64,000 nucleotides of DNA from assembly GCA_964562985.1 (NCBI GenBank), contig CAZLWE010000002.1, positions 1,630 to 65,629 of the forward strand, given 5' to 3'. Source of the DNA: an uncultured Acidimicrobiales bacterium. Lineage in GTDB: Bacteria > Actinomycetota > Acidimicrobiia > Acidimicrobiales > SHLQ01. Within the stretch, counting starts at the first letter, position 1. Every line of letters starts with the position of its first letter. The notes beneath the pieces were generated by a model, which worked only from the letters and a program-made list of their open reading frames with translations, was not told the origin of the DNA and made no database searches. Of this stretch, positions 38,739 to 48,880 are shown one piece after another. A program made the position numbers and the translations under genes.

Positions 38739-39922
38739 CCGCCGACGGGTCGGACTGGGCAGAAGCGACCGCCCTGATCCGAGGCGGGATTACACGCACC
38801 GGGTTCGACGAAACCGCAGAAGCGATCTTCCCGACTTCGGGATACGTCTATGCCAACGCGGCCGAAGCCGAAGCGGCCTTTGCTGGCGAGCTCGACCGCT
38901 TCCTCTACTCCCGCTACGGGAACCCGACCGTGGCGATGTTCGAAGAACGACTGCGCCTAATCGAAGGCGCCGAAGCTTGCATGGCCACCGCCTCGGGGAT
39001 GTCGGCGATCTTCGCATCGCTGGCATCGCTGGTGACCGCGGGCGACCGCGTCGTTGGCTCACGAGCCTTGTTCGGTTCGTGCAGCGTGATCTTGACCGAC
39101 ATCTTGCCGCGCCTGGGCGTGGACACCGTTTTGGTCGATGGCACCGACCTCGACGAATGGACCGCAGCTCTTTCTGAGCCAACGAAGGCTGTGTTTCTCG
39201 AAACCCCATCGAACCCCGGTTTGCAGATTGTCGATCTACAGGCCGTCGCAGACCTTGCGCACGCAGTCGGCGCCACCGTCGTGATCGACAACGTCTTCGC
39301 GTCGCCAATTCTCCAGCACCCGCTCGAGTTCGGTGCCGACGTGGTGGTCTACTCGGCCACCAAACACATCGATGGTCAGGGCCGCGTCCTCGGTGGTGCG
39401 GTACTCAGCACGCAGGAGTACAAGAGCGATGTCTTGATGCCGTTCCTGCGCCACACTGGTCCGTCGCTCAGCCCGTTCAACGCATGGATTCTGCTCAAGG
39501 GCATGGAGACGATGCGTCTACGGGTAGATGCGGCAGCGTCGTCTGCAGCCGCGATTGCGAACGAACTGGCCGAGCACCCAAAGCTCACCCAAATGCGATA
39601 CCCACACCACGACAGTCACCCGCAGGTCGATCTCGCAAAACGCCAGATGTCCTCGGGGGGCACGGTGCTGACGATCACCATCGATGGCGACAAGGACGCA
39701 ACCTTTCGGTTCCTCGACAGCCTCCGCTTGTTCGATATCTCGAACAACCTCGGCGACACAAAGAGCCTGGCCACTCACCCGGGTACGACCACCCATCGGC
39801 GCCTCGGCCCGGAAGGGCGGGCCCTGGTGGGGATCGGTGAATCGTTGGTTCGATTGTCGATTGGCCTCGAAGACCGCGGCGATCTCCTCGACGACATCAC
39901 CACAGCGCTCGATGAGGTGTAA
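38735..39922 (+). CDS. metZ: O-succinylhomoserine sulfhydrylase (Cys/Met-metabolism PLP enzyme)
   Basis: EAIFPTSGYVYANAAEAEAAF..YSRYGNPTV..ATASGM..YSATKHIDGQGR (PLP-Lys). ATGA overlap with the rhodanese gene stop. Confidence 0.75.
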   Translation: MTADGSDWAEATALIRGGITRTGFDETAEAIFPTSGYVYANAAEAEAAFAGELDRFLYSRYGNPTVAMFEERLRLIEGAEACMATASGMSAIFASLASLVTAGDRVVGSRALFGSCSVILTDILPRLGVDTVLVDGTDLDEWTAALSEPTKAVFLETPSNPGLQIVDLQAVADLAHAVGATVVIDNVFASPILQHPLEFGADVVVYSATKHIDGQGRVLGGAVLSTQEYKSDVLMPFLRHTGPSLSPFNAWILLKGMETMRLRVDAAASSAAAIANELAEHPKLTQMRYPHHDSHPQVDLAKRQMSSGGTVLTITIDGDKDATFRFLDSLRLFDISNNLGDTKSLATHPGTTTHRRLGPEGRALVGIGESLVRLSIGLEDRGDLLDDITTALDEV

Positions 39923-39957
39923 GTGACGTTCACGTAGGCGCCCATTACCATGGGTGA

Positions 39958-40422
39958 ATGGTTTCCAAAGACCTCACCCAAGAGACCTACGATCGCCTCA
40001 AGGCTGAACACGAAGACCTCACGACGCGCGGGCGAATCGACATCGCCCGCAAGATCGAGACCGCCCGTGAACTCGGCGACCTTTCCGAGAACGGCGACTA
40101 TCACGCCGCCAAAGAAGAGCAAGGCAAGATGGAGGGACGCATCATGTTCCTCGCGAAGACCTTGGAAGAGGCCGAAATAGTCGAGGTTGTCGACGATGGC
40201 ACGGTGTCGCTCGGCATCATCGTCGAGTTACGTTACGAAGGCGACGACGAAACCGAGAAGTACTTGGTCGGTTCGATCGAGGAACGCCAAGAAGGCGTCG
40301 AGATTTTGTCTCCGGGATCGCCGCTCGGTGAAGCGCTCATCGGCTCAACCGCTGGCGACGTCGTGTCGTTCGAGTCCCCCTCGGGAGCAACCCTCAAGGT
40401 CGAGGTAGTCAACGTCGGGTGA
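39958..40422 (+). CDS. greA: Transcription elongation factor GreA
   Basis: GDLSENGDYHAAKEEQ motif, coiled-coil N-terminus, 154 aa. Confidence 0.9.
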   Translation: MVSKDLTQETYDRLKAEHEDLTTRGRIDIARKIETARELGDLSENGDYHAAKEEQGKMEGRIMFLAKTLEEAEIVEVVDDGTVSLGIIVELRYEGDDETEKYLVGSIEERQEGVEILSPGSPLGEALIGSTAGDVVSFESPSGATLKVEVVNVG

Positions 40423-41282
40423 GTTCGTCTCCTGCCCCCACTGCCCGGCTCCCGCAACCAACGGTGATCGAACTTGGCGAGCGCGCCACCACGGCCGTCT
40501 ATGACAGCGGATTCGGCGCCAGCGACAATGCAGCGCCGGTGGTCTTGTTGCACGGTTGGTGGGTAAACGGTTACACGAACTTCGGGTCGGCATATGGAGT
40601 GCTAGCAGCGAACCGTCGAGTGGTCATGATCGACCTCCGAGGGCATGGAAACGGCGCGGACACCGAGGGGCGCTTCGACCTGGACACTTGTGCCGACGAC
40701 GTGACCCGAATCCTCGACGAACTCGGCATCGAAGCCGCAACAGTCGTGGGCTACAGCCTTGGCGGGGCCGTTGCGCAACTCGTTGCCAAACGCTCTCCAG
40801 AACGAGTCGCGGGCCTAGTACTGGCATCGACTACCGAGCTCTTTTGCGGACACCTCGCAATTCGTTGGCAGTTCAAGGGGCTCGAGCTCAGCGCGGCAGC
40901 CCTGAAACGAATTCCGACGCCCATACGTACGCCGCTCTTTCATTCGATCGCCTCGATCTTTTGCGCTCGGTATCCCAAATGGGTTCGCCCCGAAGTGCTT
41001 CGTTGCGACCCGGTCGCGGTTCTCGAGGCTGGCGCTGCGCTCGGCTCGTTCAACTCGAGCGAGTGGATCGGCGAACTCTCGATGCCGATCGCCGTGGTCG
41101 TTACCGCACGTGACCGCGTAATTCCGAGCGATGCCCAATATCGCCTCGCCGATGACGCCCGCGCGGTCACCACGATCCAGATCGACGCCGACCACGACAT
41201 CCCCGTACGCAACGACCCCCGGTTCACCGATGCTCTCGTGCAAGCCATTCGCACGGTCGAGCCCGTTCCCATCGGAGTATGA
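40419..41282 (+). CDS. Alpha/beta-fold hydrolase
   Basis: VVLLHGW.., nucleophile elbow GYSLGG, and a C-terminal D...H. Confidence 0.75.
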   Translation: MSSSPAPTARLPQPTVIELGERATTAVYDSGFGASDNAAPVVLLHGWWVNGYTNFGSAYGVLAANRRVVMIDLRGHGNGADTEGRFDLDTCADDVTRILDELGIEAATVVGYSLGGAVAQLVAKRSPERVAGLVLASTTELFCGHLAIRWQFKGLELSAAALKRIPTPIRTPLFHSIASIFCARYPKWVRPEVLRCDPVAVLEAGAALGSFNSSEWIGELSMPIAVVVTARDRVIPSDAQYRLADDARAVTTIQIDADHDIPVRNDPRFTDALVQAIRTVEPVPIGV

Positions 41283-41325
41283 CGCTGAACCACCTGAGCG
41301 CGCCCGAGCACTAAAATCTCGCTCG

Positions 41326-42630
41326 GTGCATCTCACTCGCTTTTTCATTGCCGCTGTGGCCCTCGTCCTTGCGCTCGCGGCGTGTGCCCCTCGCGACGGC
41401 GATCAGATCGGCGGGGCGCCGATCTTTAACGGCACCACACCCGATGGCCAAGTTGTCGAGCCTCCAATCACCACCCTGCCACCGCCCAATATCGACGCGA
41501 TTCGCGTACCCGTGGACTTCGCCACCATTCAGGAAGCCGTCAACACCGCACAACCCGGTGACCTCGTCCTTATCGACCCGGGCGTGTATTTCGAACAGGT
41601 CGACATTACGACGCCGGATATCGTCATCCGCGGGCGTGACCGCAATGCCGTCTTCGTCGATGGGATCCACGAGACGACCACAGGGTTCACGGTTCGAGCC
41701 GATGGCGTCGCTATCGAAAACCTGACGGTCCGAAACTACGTCGATCATTCGATTTCGGTCATCGACGACGGCAACGGCGTTCCCCGCAACGGATTCCGAG
41801 CCCTCCACGTCACGTCGTCGAACTCCGGTGGTAGCGGCATCCATGTGAGGAACGGGCAGAACATCGAGATCCGACAGGGGTGGTTCTCTGGCCACGGCGA
41901 CGCAGGGGTGTCGATCACCGACTGCACCCAATGCACCACGCTGATCACCACCAGCCTGGCCGAGTTCAACGCCCGCGGTTTCGTGGTGTCGGGGGCAAAC
42001 GACGGCGTCAGCATCTTCGCCTCGACCAGTCGAAACAATCGAGCGGGCATCGTCGTGCAAGACAGCGCGACCACAATCACGACGGGGGCCGTAGTCGCCG
42101 GAAGCCTGGTGCAGAACAACGGGTTCGCACAGAGCCCGAGCAATGACGACCTGTGGGACAACCTCTATGGCGTGGGCGTCAGTGTCGGCGGGACGCTCAA
42201 CTCCAATGTGATTGCGAACCGCGTCGAGGGGAACCTGCGCGCAGGAGTGCTCCTGTCGCCCAACGTGGAACAGACTTCCAACGACCCCGTCGCTACCCGG
42301 GTGGAGCGCAACGCCGCGAGCAATCATCCCGAAGGCGACATCGTGCTGGCGTTAGAAGGCGGCGCGATCGACCCGTCCTTGTGCGTCGCTGAAAACGTAG
42401 CCGCCGTGATTGCGCCCGACGGAGCAGCGGAAGCCGCTGCCTGCACCGACGCAAACACGGCTCCCCCAGCCCTCGCATGGGCTGGCGAAACCCGTACCTC
42501 TATCCCGCATCAGAACGTCGCCATACCTCCGGTCATCGACGGCATGACCGACGCGGACATCGCCGTGCCAATCCCCGCTGGACCCGTCACTCTCCCGGAT
42601 CCCAATAGCGCAGCGGTACCCGACGCCTAG
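41326..42630 (+). CDS. Right-handed parallel beta-helix (NosD/pectin-lyase-fold) lipoprotein
   Basis: GTG start at 41326. Lipobox LALAAC. IQEAVNTAQPGDLVLIDPGVY, then repeated G..I / N..I rungs. Confidence 0.7.
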   Translation: MHLTRFFIAAVALVLALAACAPRDGDQIGGAPIFNGTTPDGQVVEPPITTLPPPNIDAIRVPVDFATIQEAVNTAQPGDLVLIDPGVYFEQVDITTPDIVIRGRDRNAVFVDGIHETTTGFTVRADGVAIENLTVRNYVDHSISVIDDGNGVPRNGFRALHVTSSNSGGSGIHVRNGQNIEIRQGWFSGHGDAGVSITDCTQCTTLITTSLAEFNARGFVVSGANDGVSIFASTSRNNRAGIVVQDSATTITTGAVVAGSLVQNNGFAQSPSNDDLWDNLYGVGVSVGGTLNSNVIANRVEGNLRAGVLLSPNVEQTSNDPVATRVERNAASNHPEGDIVLALEGGAIDPSLCVAENVAAVIAPDGAAEAAACTDANTAPPALAWAGETRTSIPHQNVAIPPVIDGMTDADIAVPIPAGPVTLPDPNSAAVPDA

Positions 42631-42708
42631 AAGCCCTGAACGTGGCCGAGACGACGTGAAGAAGACCCTGGCTTTATTACAGTTCGCCGCGAGTTCTTTC
42701 GACAAGAG

Positions 42709-43422
42709 TTAGGCCCCGGTCCGTTTTGGACCCTCAAGAATCACGATCATTGCGAGAACGGCGACGAGCACAAAGCCTGCGACGGCGAACCCCCAAAGCT
42801 GACGCGGCGGGTCAGCGGTGGTCCACACGACGCGGAACTCATCGGGATGGTCGTCGTCGAGATCCCAAATGACGATACGACCCTGGATACGGTCGCCGTT
42901 GTGTTCCTCGATGAGGTCGTCGGTCTGGATGCGAAACTCTGCGGATGGCCAACGCGACCGGGCGACAAGTTCTGCGAGTTCGGGGTCATCGGTGTTGGCC
43001 AAGGTCTCGTTGAGCGACCCGGCTGGAAAGAACACGGCTTCGGTCCGTTCCTCGTCCAAGACGGTGATTTCGCCGCCGGTTACCAACAGCGAATTCAACT
43101 CGGTTGCCGAAGTGCGCCAGAGGGCATCGACGGTGCGGCGGTCCTGCTCACCGCTGGCCACCAACGACACCTCGTTCGGGTCCACCTCGAAATCGAAGGG
43201 CAGCTCACCGATCTCACCGGTGCGAACAGCACGATCGATGACTTCGCAGGGGTCGCCGTCAAACAGTTCCTGTTGCAACGGGTCGGTGCAGACCACAATC
43301 GCCTGCGCAGCGAGCTCTACCTCACCATCGCGGCGAACCTTTACCTCTTCGATATATCCATCACACGCGGAGAGCAAGAGGACCGCAAGAACAGCAAAGA
43401 GTTGCCAACGAGACCAGCGCAC
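42709..43422 (-). CDS. Hypothetical lipoprotein with a C-terminal TM anchor
   Basis: Lipobox LLLSAC and a C-terminal hydrophobic helix FAVAGFVLVAVLAMIVIL. Confidence 0.55.
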   Translation of the reverse strand: MRWSRWQLFAVLAVLLLSACDGYIEEVKVRRDGEVELAAQAIVVCTDPLQQELFDGDPCEVIDRAVRTGEIGELPFDFEVDPNEVSLVASGEQDRRTVDALWRTSATELNSLLVTGGEITVLDEERTEAVFFPAGSLNETLANTDDPELAELVARSRWPSAEFRIQTDDLIEEHNGDRIQGRIVIWDLDDDHPDEFRVVWTTADPPRQLWGFAVAGFVLVAVLAMIVILEGPKRTGA

Positions 43423-43508
43423 CTCGCCATGCTAGGACCGACCGGGCCCCGAGTAGGCACCGACCCGGGAATCAGCTCAGGCGATTTTTTCGACACACCC
43501 ACGGTGGA

Positions 43509-45140
43509 TCAGCTGAGGATCTCTCGTGTGCAGTCCGATGACGCTGGCACCATCACCAACTCGTCGACGAAGAGCAGCCCGGGGCCTGCGGCCTTGAAGA
43601 TCCGAGGAACACCGAAGGCTGAGTCTTCTGGCGATAGCCGGGTGATAAGCGCGTGTTGACCGTCCGCCAGCTCTGCGAGGTTCAGCGCGTCGCTCTCACC
43701 GATGACCCGACGATTTGTATCCAGCCATTCGATCGACACCTGGGCCTCGGGGACATCGCCTGCAATGTTGAAGTTGAGGCTAAAGAGATACGACGTTTGG
43801 CCATTCACGGGAATCACTTCGCCATAGGTCCCCTCACCTCCCGGATCACCGATCTCCAGTGCCGCGCTGCCGTCCACCCCTGCTCCGACAACGATTTGTT
43901 CGCGGCCTGGGTTGTTCGGATCTGCATAGAAGTTTGTGGGAAGGTTCGAATTCTCAAAGTCGAAGCTAACGACGGCGTTGCACTCGATCGACGCTGCCTG
44001 TCCGTTCTCCCAACCGTCGATAGCGATCTGAAGAAAGTCCTCTCCGGTGCCAGCTAGGGGTTCGAAGGGCACCTCGGGATTGCTCACTTCTCGGGTAGCA
44101 GGCCCCTCCTCGCCGTTGAAGAACGCAAGAAATCCTCCAACGCCAATGAGCACTCCGAGGGCGACCGCCGCAGCGGCTTTGACGAACTCGTTTGGGCGCG
44201 ACCGCCCCTTCTTCGCGGCTTTCGCCGCCGATCGGGCTGCGGTTTCCTCGCTGCTACCGGAACGAGTTTTGGTGGCCTTGGCCGACCGTTTCCGTCCTCC
44301 GCCCGAGGGATTCTCGGCCAATGGCGGGCGTTCCTCGATTCCCCTCGCCGCTACCAGGAAGTTGGACATTGTCGGGAAACGGTCTTCTGGCTTCTCCGAT
44401 AGCGCTCGAAGCAGCGCCGCTTCGAAGGTCTCGCTTACGGAAGGCTTCAGCGTCCGGATCGGGGTTGGCGCGCCACCCTCGGACGTGAAAGGCAGCAAGC
44501 CGGTGATCAACTCATAGGCCATCATCGCGACGACGAACTGGTCAGATTGAGCAAGTCGGTCCTCTGAAGACTTGAGCTCGGGCGGACAGTGCCGGCCATC
44601 CTTGGGCGGCAACGTCGAGGCCTTCTCAAACGCGTCGCCACCTCGACTGATCGCGAGATCGATGATCTTCACATCTGTACGAGGGCCCGAATTGGCCAGC
44701 GACACAACGCTTCGCGGCCCGAGATCTGGGTGACGGATTCCAGCCGAGTGCAAGCTGTCGAGTGCCGCCACGAGTTGCTCGACGATATGTAGTGCCTCTC
44801 CCGAGGAGATGGGCCCGCGACGCTCCATGAAGCGCTCCAACGTTTCACCCTCGATCCAATCGAGGACGAGCATCGACCAGCCCGAAACGACTCGATGTTC
44901 GCGGAGGTTGGCGATACCGGGATGTTGAAAGGTCGTGAGGATGGCAGCTTCGCGATGAAAACGCTCGCTATCGAAGCCGGGACGAACGAAACGGAGCGCG
45001 ACCTCATCGCCTGAATCCAGGCTGTTTCCTCGGTAGACCGTATCGAATCCATCTACAAATGGACCGTCAGCGATCGAGTAACCGAGCTCCCGCACCGCTT
45101 CACGGAAATCCGTCAACACTCCTCCATATTTCCTACGCAA
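43509..45140 (-). CDS. Membrane-spanning Ser/Thr-kinase-like protein with a degenerate catalytic site and an extracellular jelly-roll (CBM-like) domain
   Basis: Kinase fold is recognisable, but VALR replaces VAxK, HPDLGPRS replaces HRDLKPxN, and DLA replaces DFG. TM near AAVALGVLIGVGGFLAFF. C-terminal beta-rich domain. Confidence 0.75.
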   Translation of the reverse strand: MRRKYGGVLTDFREAVRELGYSIADGPFVDGFDTVYRGNSLDSGDEVALRFVRPGFDSERFHREAAILTTFQHPGIANLREHRVVSGWSMLVLDWIEGETLERFMERRGPISSGEALHIVEQLVAALDSLHSAGIRHPDLGPRSVVSLANSGPRTDVKIIDLAISRGGDAFEKASTLPPKDGRHCPPELKSSEDRLAQSDQFVVAMMAYELITGLLPFTSEGGAPTPIRTLKPSVSETFEAALLRALSEKPEDRFPTMSNFLVAARGIEERPPLAENPSGGGRKRSAKATKTRSGSSEETAARSAAKAAKKGRSRPNEFVKAAAAVALGVLIGVGGFLAFFNGEEGPATREVSNPEVPFEPLAGTGEDFLQIAIDGWENGQAASIECNAVVSFDFENSNLPTNFYADPNNPGREQIVVGAGVDGSAALEIGDPGGEGTYGEVIPVNGQTSYLFSLNFNIAGDVPEAQVSIEWLDTNRRVIGESDALNLAELADGQHALITRLSPEDSAFGVPRIFKAAGPGLLFVDELVMVPASSDCTREILS

Positions 45141-45249
45141 CCGCTAAGGGTACGCCGTACGCGGGCACTCTTTCCATCAGGCTTTCGACCTATTTGCGAG
45201 CGGAGCGCTGCTTCCTCGCGTCGAAAGCACGTGCTATCGAGGCCACTTG

Positions 45250-45420
45250 CTCGCTACACTCGGCCCCTGGTGCGTTCCGAAGTTCGGTGAAATCCCGACA
45301 CTGTCCCGCAACGGTAGAGCTCGAAAGAGACGAGTCCGGTCGAGTTCGTATCAACCACGAACCACGAGCCCTCGAGGAGGGGATCTGGTCTTCACGGACT
45401 CTCCGGTGTTGACCAGCCAG
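45250..45420 (+). promoter_or_regulatory. Cobalamin (B12) riboswitch
   Basis: Core GGTGAAATCCCGACACTGTCCCGCAACGGTA (45286-45316) matches the conserved cobalamin-riboswitch core. CTGGTC..GACCAG pairing lies next to the GGAG RBS of the downstream B12-type binding-protein gene. Confidence 0.75.
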
Positions 45421-45429
45421 GAGAAAATC

Positions 45430-46464
45430 ATGAAGTTCCGTGTTCTGATCGCCATGTTGGCGATGACGTTGATCGCTGCCGCGTGCGGCGGCGACGCCGA
45501 CGTGACTGCAACCGTTACCGGCGATGACACCGCCGATGAATCCGCCGAGTCCCAAGAGGCCGTGGACGAAGAGGCGGTGGACCAAGAGGCCATGGAGGAC
45601 GACGAACCGGAGGCTGCAGAAGCTGACGCTGGTGGCGACGCAGGCCCAGATGCCAACGCGGCGGCTGCGATTGAGGAAGGCGAGGCGGCCGAACAACGCA
45701 TCGTCTCGTTGAGCCCAACCTCGACCGAGATGCTCTTCGCTGTTGGCGCAGGCGATCTCGTCGTTGCCGTCGACGACTTCTCGAACTTCCCGCCCGAGGC
45801 GCCAACGACAGACCTCTCGGGCTTCACCCCGAACGTTGAGGCGATCGCCGCATTCGAGCCAACGGTCGTCTACTCATCAGGCCCGATTGAAGGCCTTGAC
45901 GCCATCGGCATCGAGAACATCGTGCTTCCGGCCGCTGTCACCATCGATGACGTGTACGCACAAATCGAACAGGTCGGTGCCGAGACGGGCAACGTCGCGC
46001 AAGCAGCCGAACTGGTATTGCAAATGCAGACCGACATCGACGCGATCCTGGCCTCGCTACCCGACCGCGAGGCGCCGCTGACCTACTACCACGAACTCGA
46101 CACCACCTTCTTCAGCGCGACCTCGAGCACGTTCATCGGCCAGGTGTACAGCCTGCTCGGGCTAGAGAACATCGCTGACCCTGCGGACCCCGATGGCGAA
46201 GCGTTCGGTTTCCCACAGCTGACCGAGGAATTCATCATCGAAGCTGACCCCGACATCATCTTCCTCGCCGACACCATCTTCGAAGGCCAAACCGCCGACA
46301 CGGTCTCTGCCCGTCCTGGCTGGGAGCAGCTCTCCGCTGTTTCGAACGGCAACGTTATTGAGATGAACGACGACATCGCCTCCCGCTGGGGACCGCGCAT
46401 CGTCGACTTCCTTGAAGTGGCAGGTGCCGCCGTTGCAGAAATCGAGGCCGTCCCAGCGGGCTAA
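45430..46464 (+). CDS. ABC substrate-binding lipoprotein (BtuF / iron-siderophore type)
   Basis: Start at ATG 45430 (MKFRVLIAMLAMTLIAAACGG lipobox). RIVSLSPTSTEMLFAVGAG..VAVD pattern. Confidence 0.8.
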   Translation: MKFRVLIAMLAMTLIAAACGGDADVTATVTGDDTADESAESQEAVDEEAVDQEAMEDDEPEAAEADAGGDAGPDANAAAAIEEGEAAEQRIVSLSPTSTEMLFAVGAGDLVVAVDDFSNFPPEAPTTDLSGFTPNVEAIAAFEPTVVYSSGPIEGLDAIGIENIVLPAAVTIDDVYAQIEQVGAETGNVAQAAELVLQMQTDIDAILASLPDREAPLTYYHELDTTFFSATSSTFIGQVYSLLGLENIADPADPDGEAFGFPQLTEEFIIEADPDIIFLADTIFEGQTADTVSARPGWEQLSAVSNGNVIEMNDDIASRWGPRIVDFLEVAGAAVAEIEAVPAG

Positions 46465-46485
46465 TCGCCTCGGGACAATCGAGTC

Positions 46486-47523
46486 ATGACTACCCGCCCC
46501 GCCGGGATCCGCCCCTTGTGGATTCTCGGCGCGGCGGGTTTTGTCGTTCTCTCCTGCGCAGCTGCGCTGTTGATCGGCCCGATCAGCATCGACCGTGCTG
46601 GCATCGTCCGCGAAGTCCTCGACGCGGCGTTGCCGTTCTCGATCGAATCCGGACTGAGCGACCAACAATCCGCCATCGTTCGAAACATTCGCCTTCCCCG
46701 AGTCGTACTTGGGTTGCTCGTCGGGGCTGCCTTGGGCACGGCGGGGGCGAGCTATCAGGGTGTCTTTCGGAACCCGCTCGCAGACCCCTTCCTGCTCGGT
46801 GTGGCCGCAGGTGGCGGGCTCGGGGCGACCATCGCCTTCATCAACCAACTCGGCGACGGCCGCGGCATCCTCGACCCGATCCAGATCTTCGCATTCGTCG
46901 GAGCTTTGGTCGCGGTAGGGATGGCCTGGCTGCTCGGCGTTCTGGGCGACCGGACGCGATCCGCGGCGACCCTCATCCTTGCCGGTGTCGCAATCGCCAA
47001 CTTTTTCACAGCGATTCAGACCTACCTGCAACAACGCAACAGCGATCAGATCCGCCGAGTATTTGCCTGGATCCTCGGCGGATTGAACACCGGTGGTTGG
47101 GACGAACCTCTCCAGCTCCTACCTATCGCCATCGTGTGCATTGGTCTGCTGTGGTTGAGCGGACGCACGCTCGACATCTTGGCTGTTGGCGACGAGGAGG
47201 CGACCACACTCGGCCTATCCGTGGGCAAAGCACGGCTCTTCATCGTCGTTATCGCGTCACTGCTCACCGCTTCGGCGGTTGCGGTGAGTGGTCTGATCGC
47301 CTTTGTCGGATTGATCGTGCCGCACACCGTTCGTCTGCTGTTCGGGTCGAGCTTCAAAGTGATCGTGCCGCTGTCATCTGCCCTAGGTGCCGGGTTCCTC
47401 GTGCTTTGTGATCTGCTCGCCCGAACGCTGCTCTCCCCCGCGGAGCTACCAATCGGCGTGGTCACCGCGTTCTTCGGCGCACCATTCTTCGTCGTCATCT
47501 TGCGAACGGCGAGGCTCCGATGA
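46486..47523 (+). CDS. FecCD-family ABC permease (BtuC-like)
   Basis: RLPRVVLGLLVGAALG.AG...Q...RNPLADP..LG and GAPFF C-terminal motifs. Confidence 0.85.
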   Translation: MTTRPAGIRPLWILGAAGFVVLSCAAALLIGPISIDRAGIVREVLDAALPFSIESGLSDQQSAIVRNIRLPRVVLGLLVGAALGTAGASYQGVFRNPLADPFLLGVAAGGGLGATIAFINQLGDGRGILDPIQIFAFVGALVAVGMAWLLGVLGDRTRSAATLILAGVAIANFFTAIQTYLQQRNSDQIRRVFAWILGGLNTGGWDEPLQLLPIAIVCIGLLWLSGRTLDILAVGDEEATTLGLSVGKARLFIVVIASLLTASAVAVSGLIAFVGLIVPHTVRLLFGSSFKVIVPLSSALGAGFLVLCDLLARTLLSPAELPIGVVTAFFGAPFFVVILRTARLR

Positions 47524-48317
47524 GCACCTCCCTCATGGACGTCCGTTCGGTGGCCTTTTCGGTGAAGGGCACCACACTCATCTCCGATGTGGACGTCGAC
47601 GTCGATCGCGGCGGGTGGCTCTCGATCATCGGCCCGAACGGAGCGGGCAAGTCAACGCTGCTACGAGCGATCGCAACCGGCACTGCATCGGCAGGTTCCG
47701 TGTCGATCGACGGCCAAAACCTCGCTGACCTCTCCCACGCCCAACGTTCAAAGCTGGTGTCGTGGGTTCCTCAGTCGCCGGTCATTCCTGCGGGTATGAG
47801 CGTGCTCGACTACGTGCTGCTCGGCCGAACCCCACACCTACACCCCCTAGCGAGTCCTAAGTCAGCCGATGTCGCCTTGGCCGAGTCGATCCTCGACGAT
47901 CTTGGACTCATCGACTTTGCGAGTCGCTTTGTCGAGACGCTGTCGGGTGGAGAACTCCAGCGCGCCGTCATCGGTCGGGCGCTTGCCCAAGAAGCGCCTC
48001 TGCTGTTGCTCGACGAGCCAACGAGTGCCCTTGACCTCGGCCACCAACAAGAGGTGCTGTCGCTGCTCCAGCGGCTTCGCTCCAGCGGCGACCGGGCCAT
48101 CGTGACGACGATGCACGACCTGACTCTCGCTGGCGCTTTTGCTGACGAACTGGTGATGATGAGCAACGGAGGCGTCGCACGCCGGGGGACAGCAACAGAA
48201 GTTCTTACCGAATCCAACATCGCCGAGCATTACGGCGCGAACGTACGAGTCGAGGTTGTAGACGGCACCGTGCTCGTCGTACCGAAGCTCGATCTACCAA
48301 CCAAGGAAGAGTCATGA
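47520..48317 (+). CDS. ABC transporter ATP-binding protein (BtuD/FepC-like)
   Basis: GPNGAGKSTLL, LSGGELQR and LLLLDEPTSALD motifs. 4-nt overlaps on both sides. Confidence 0.9.
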   Translation: MSTSLMDVRSVAFSVKGTTLISDVDVDVDRGGWLSIIGPNGAGKSTLLRAIATGTASAGSVSIDGQNLADLSHAQRSKLVSWVPQSPVIPAGMSVLDYVLLGRTPHLHPLASPKSADVALAESILDDLGLIDFASRFVETLSGGELQRAVIGRALAQEAPLLLLDEPTSALDLGHQQEVLSLLQRLRSSGDRAIVTTMHDLTLAGAFADELVMMSNGGVARRGTATEVLTESNIAEHYGANVRVEVVDGTVLVVPKLDLPTKEES

Positions 48318-48880
48318 CCACCGAACCACCCATCGAATCGCCTGATAAGTCCGACACGTCCGTGGCCAAGTCGCTCGTGCTGGTGAACACCGGCGAGGGC
48401 AAGGGCAAGTCGAGTGCGGCGTTTGGTGTAATGGTGCGCGGCCTGGCGATGGACTGGCCTGTGGCGGTTGTGCAGTTCATCAAGTCGGGCGACTGGAATG
48501 TCGGCGAAGAGAAGATGGGTCGCAAGTTGGGCGTCGACTGGTTCAACCAGGGCGACGGGTTTACGTGGAACTCCGAGGACCTAGAACACGACAAGGAACT
48601 GGCCCAGCAAGGATGGCAACAAGCGGCCGACCTGATCGCTGCGAACGAGCATCGACTGATCATCCTCGACGAGCTGACCTACCTCATCAACTGGGGATGG
48701 ATCGATCCCGAACCGGTCTACGAGGCCATCCGCGACCGGCCCGAGAAGGTCAACGTCGTGATCACCGGCCGCGACGCGCCGGAAGGCTTGATCGAGGTCG
48801 CCGACACCGTCACGGAGATGACCAAGGTCAAGCATGCCTTCGACCGCGGCATCATCGCGAAGAAGGGCATCGACTACTGA
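48314..48880 (+). CDS. cobO: Cob(I)yrinic acid a,c-diamide adenosyltransferase
   Basis: VNTGEGKGKSSAAFG..VVQFIKSG.W..GE..LIILDELTY pattern of the CobA/CobO/BtuR family. Confidence 0.85.
   Translation: MTTEPPIESPDKSDTSVAKSLVLVNTGEGKGKSSAAFGVMVRGLAMDWPVAVVQFIKSGDWNVGEEKMGRKLGVDWFNQGDGFTWNSEDLEHDKELAQQGWQQAADLIAANEHRLIILDELTYLINWGWIDPEPVYEAIRDRPEKVNVVITGRDAPEGLIEVADTVTEMTKVKHAFDRGIIAKKGIDY

Noticed and set aside
45247-45429. Upstream extension of the B12-type binding-protein ORF.
   Set aside because: It runs through the cobalamin riboswitch core. The lipoprotein signal peptide begins at ATG 45430, which has a GGAG RBS.
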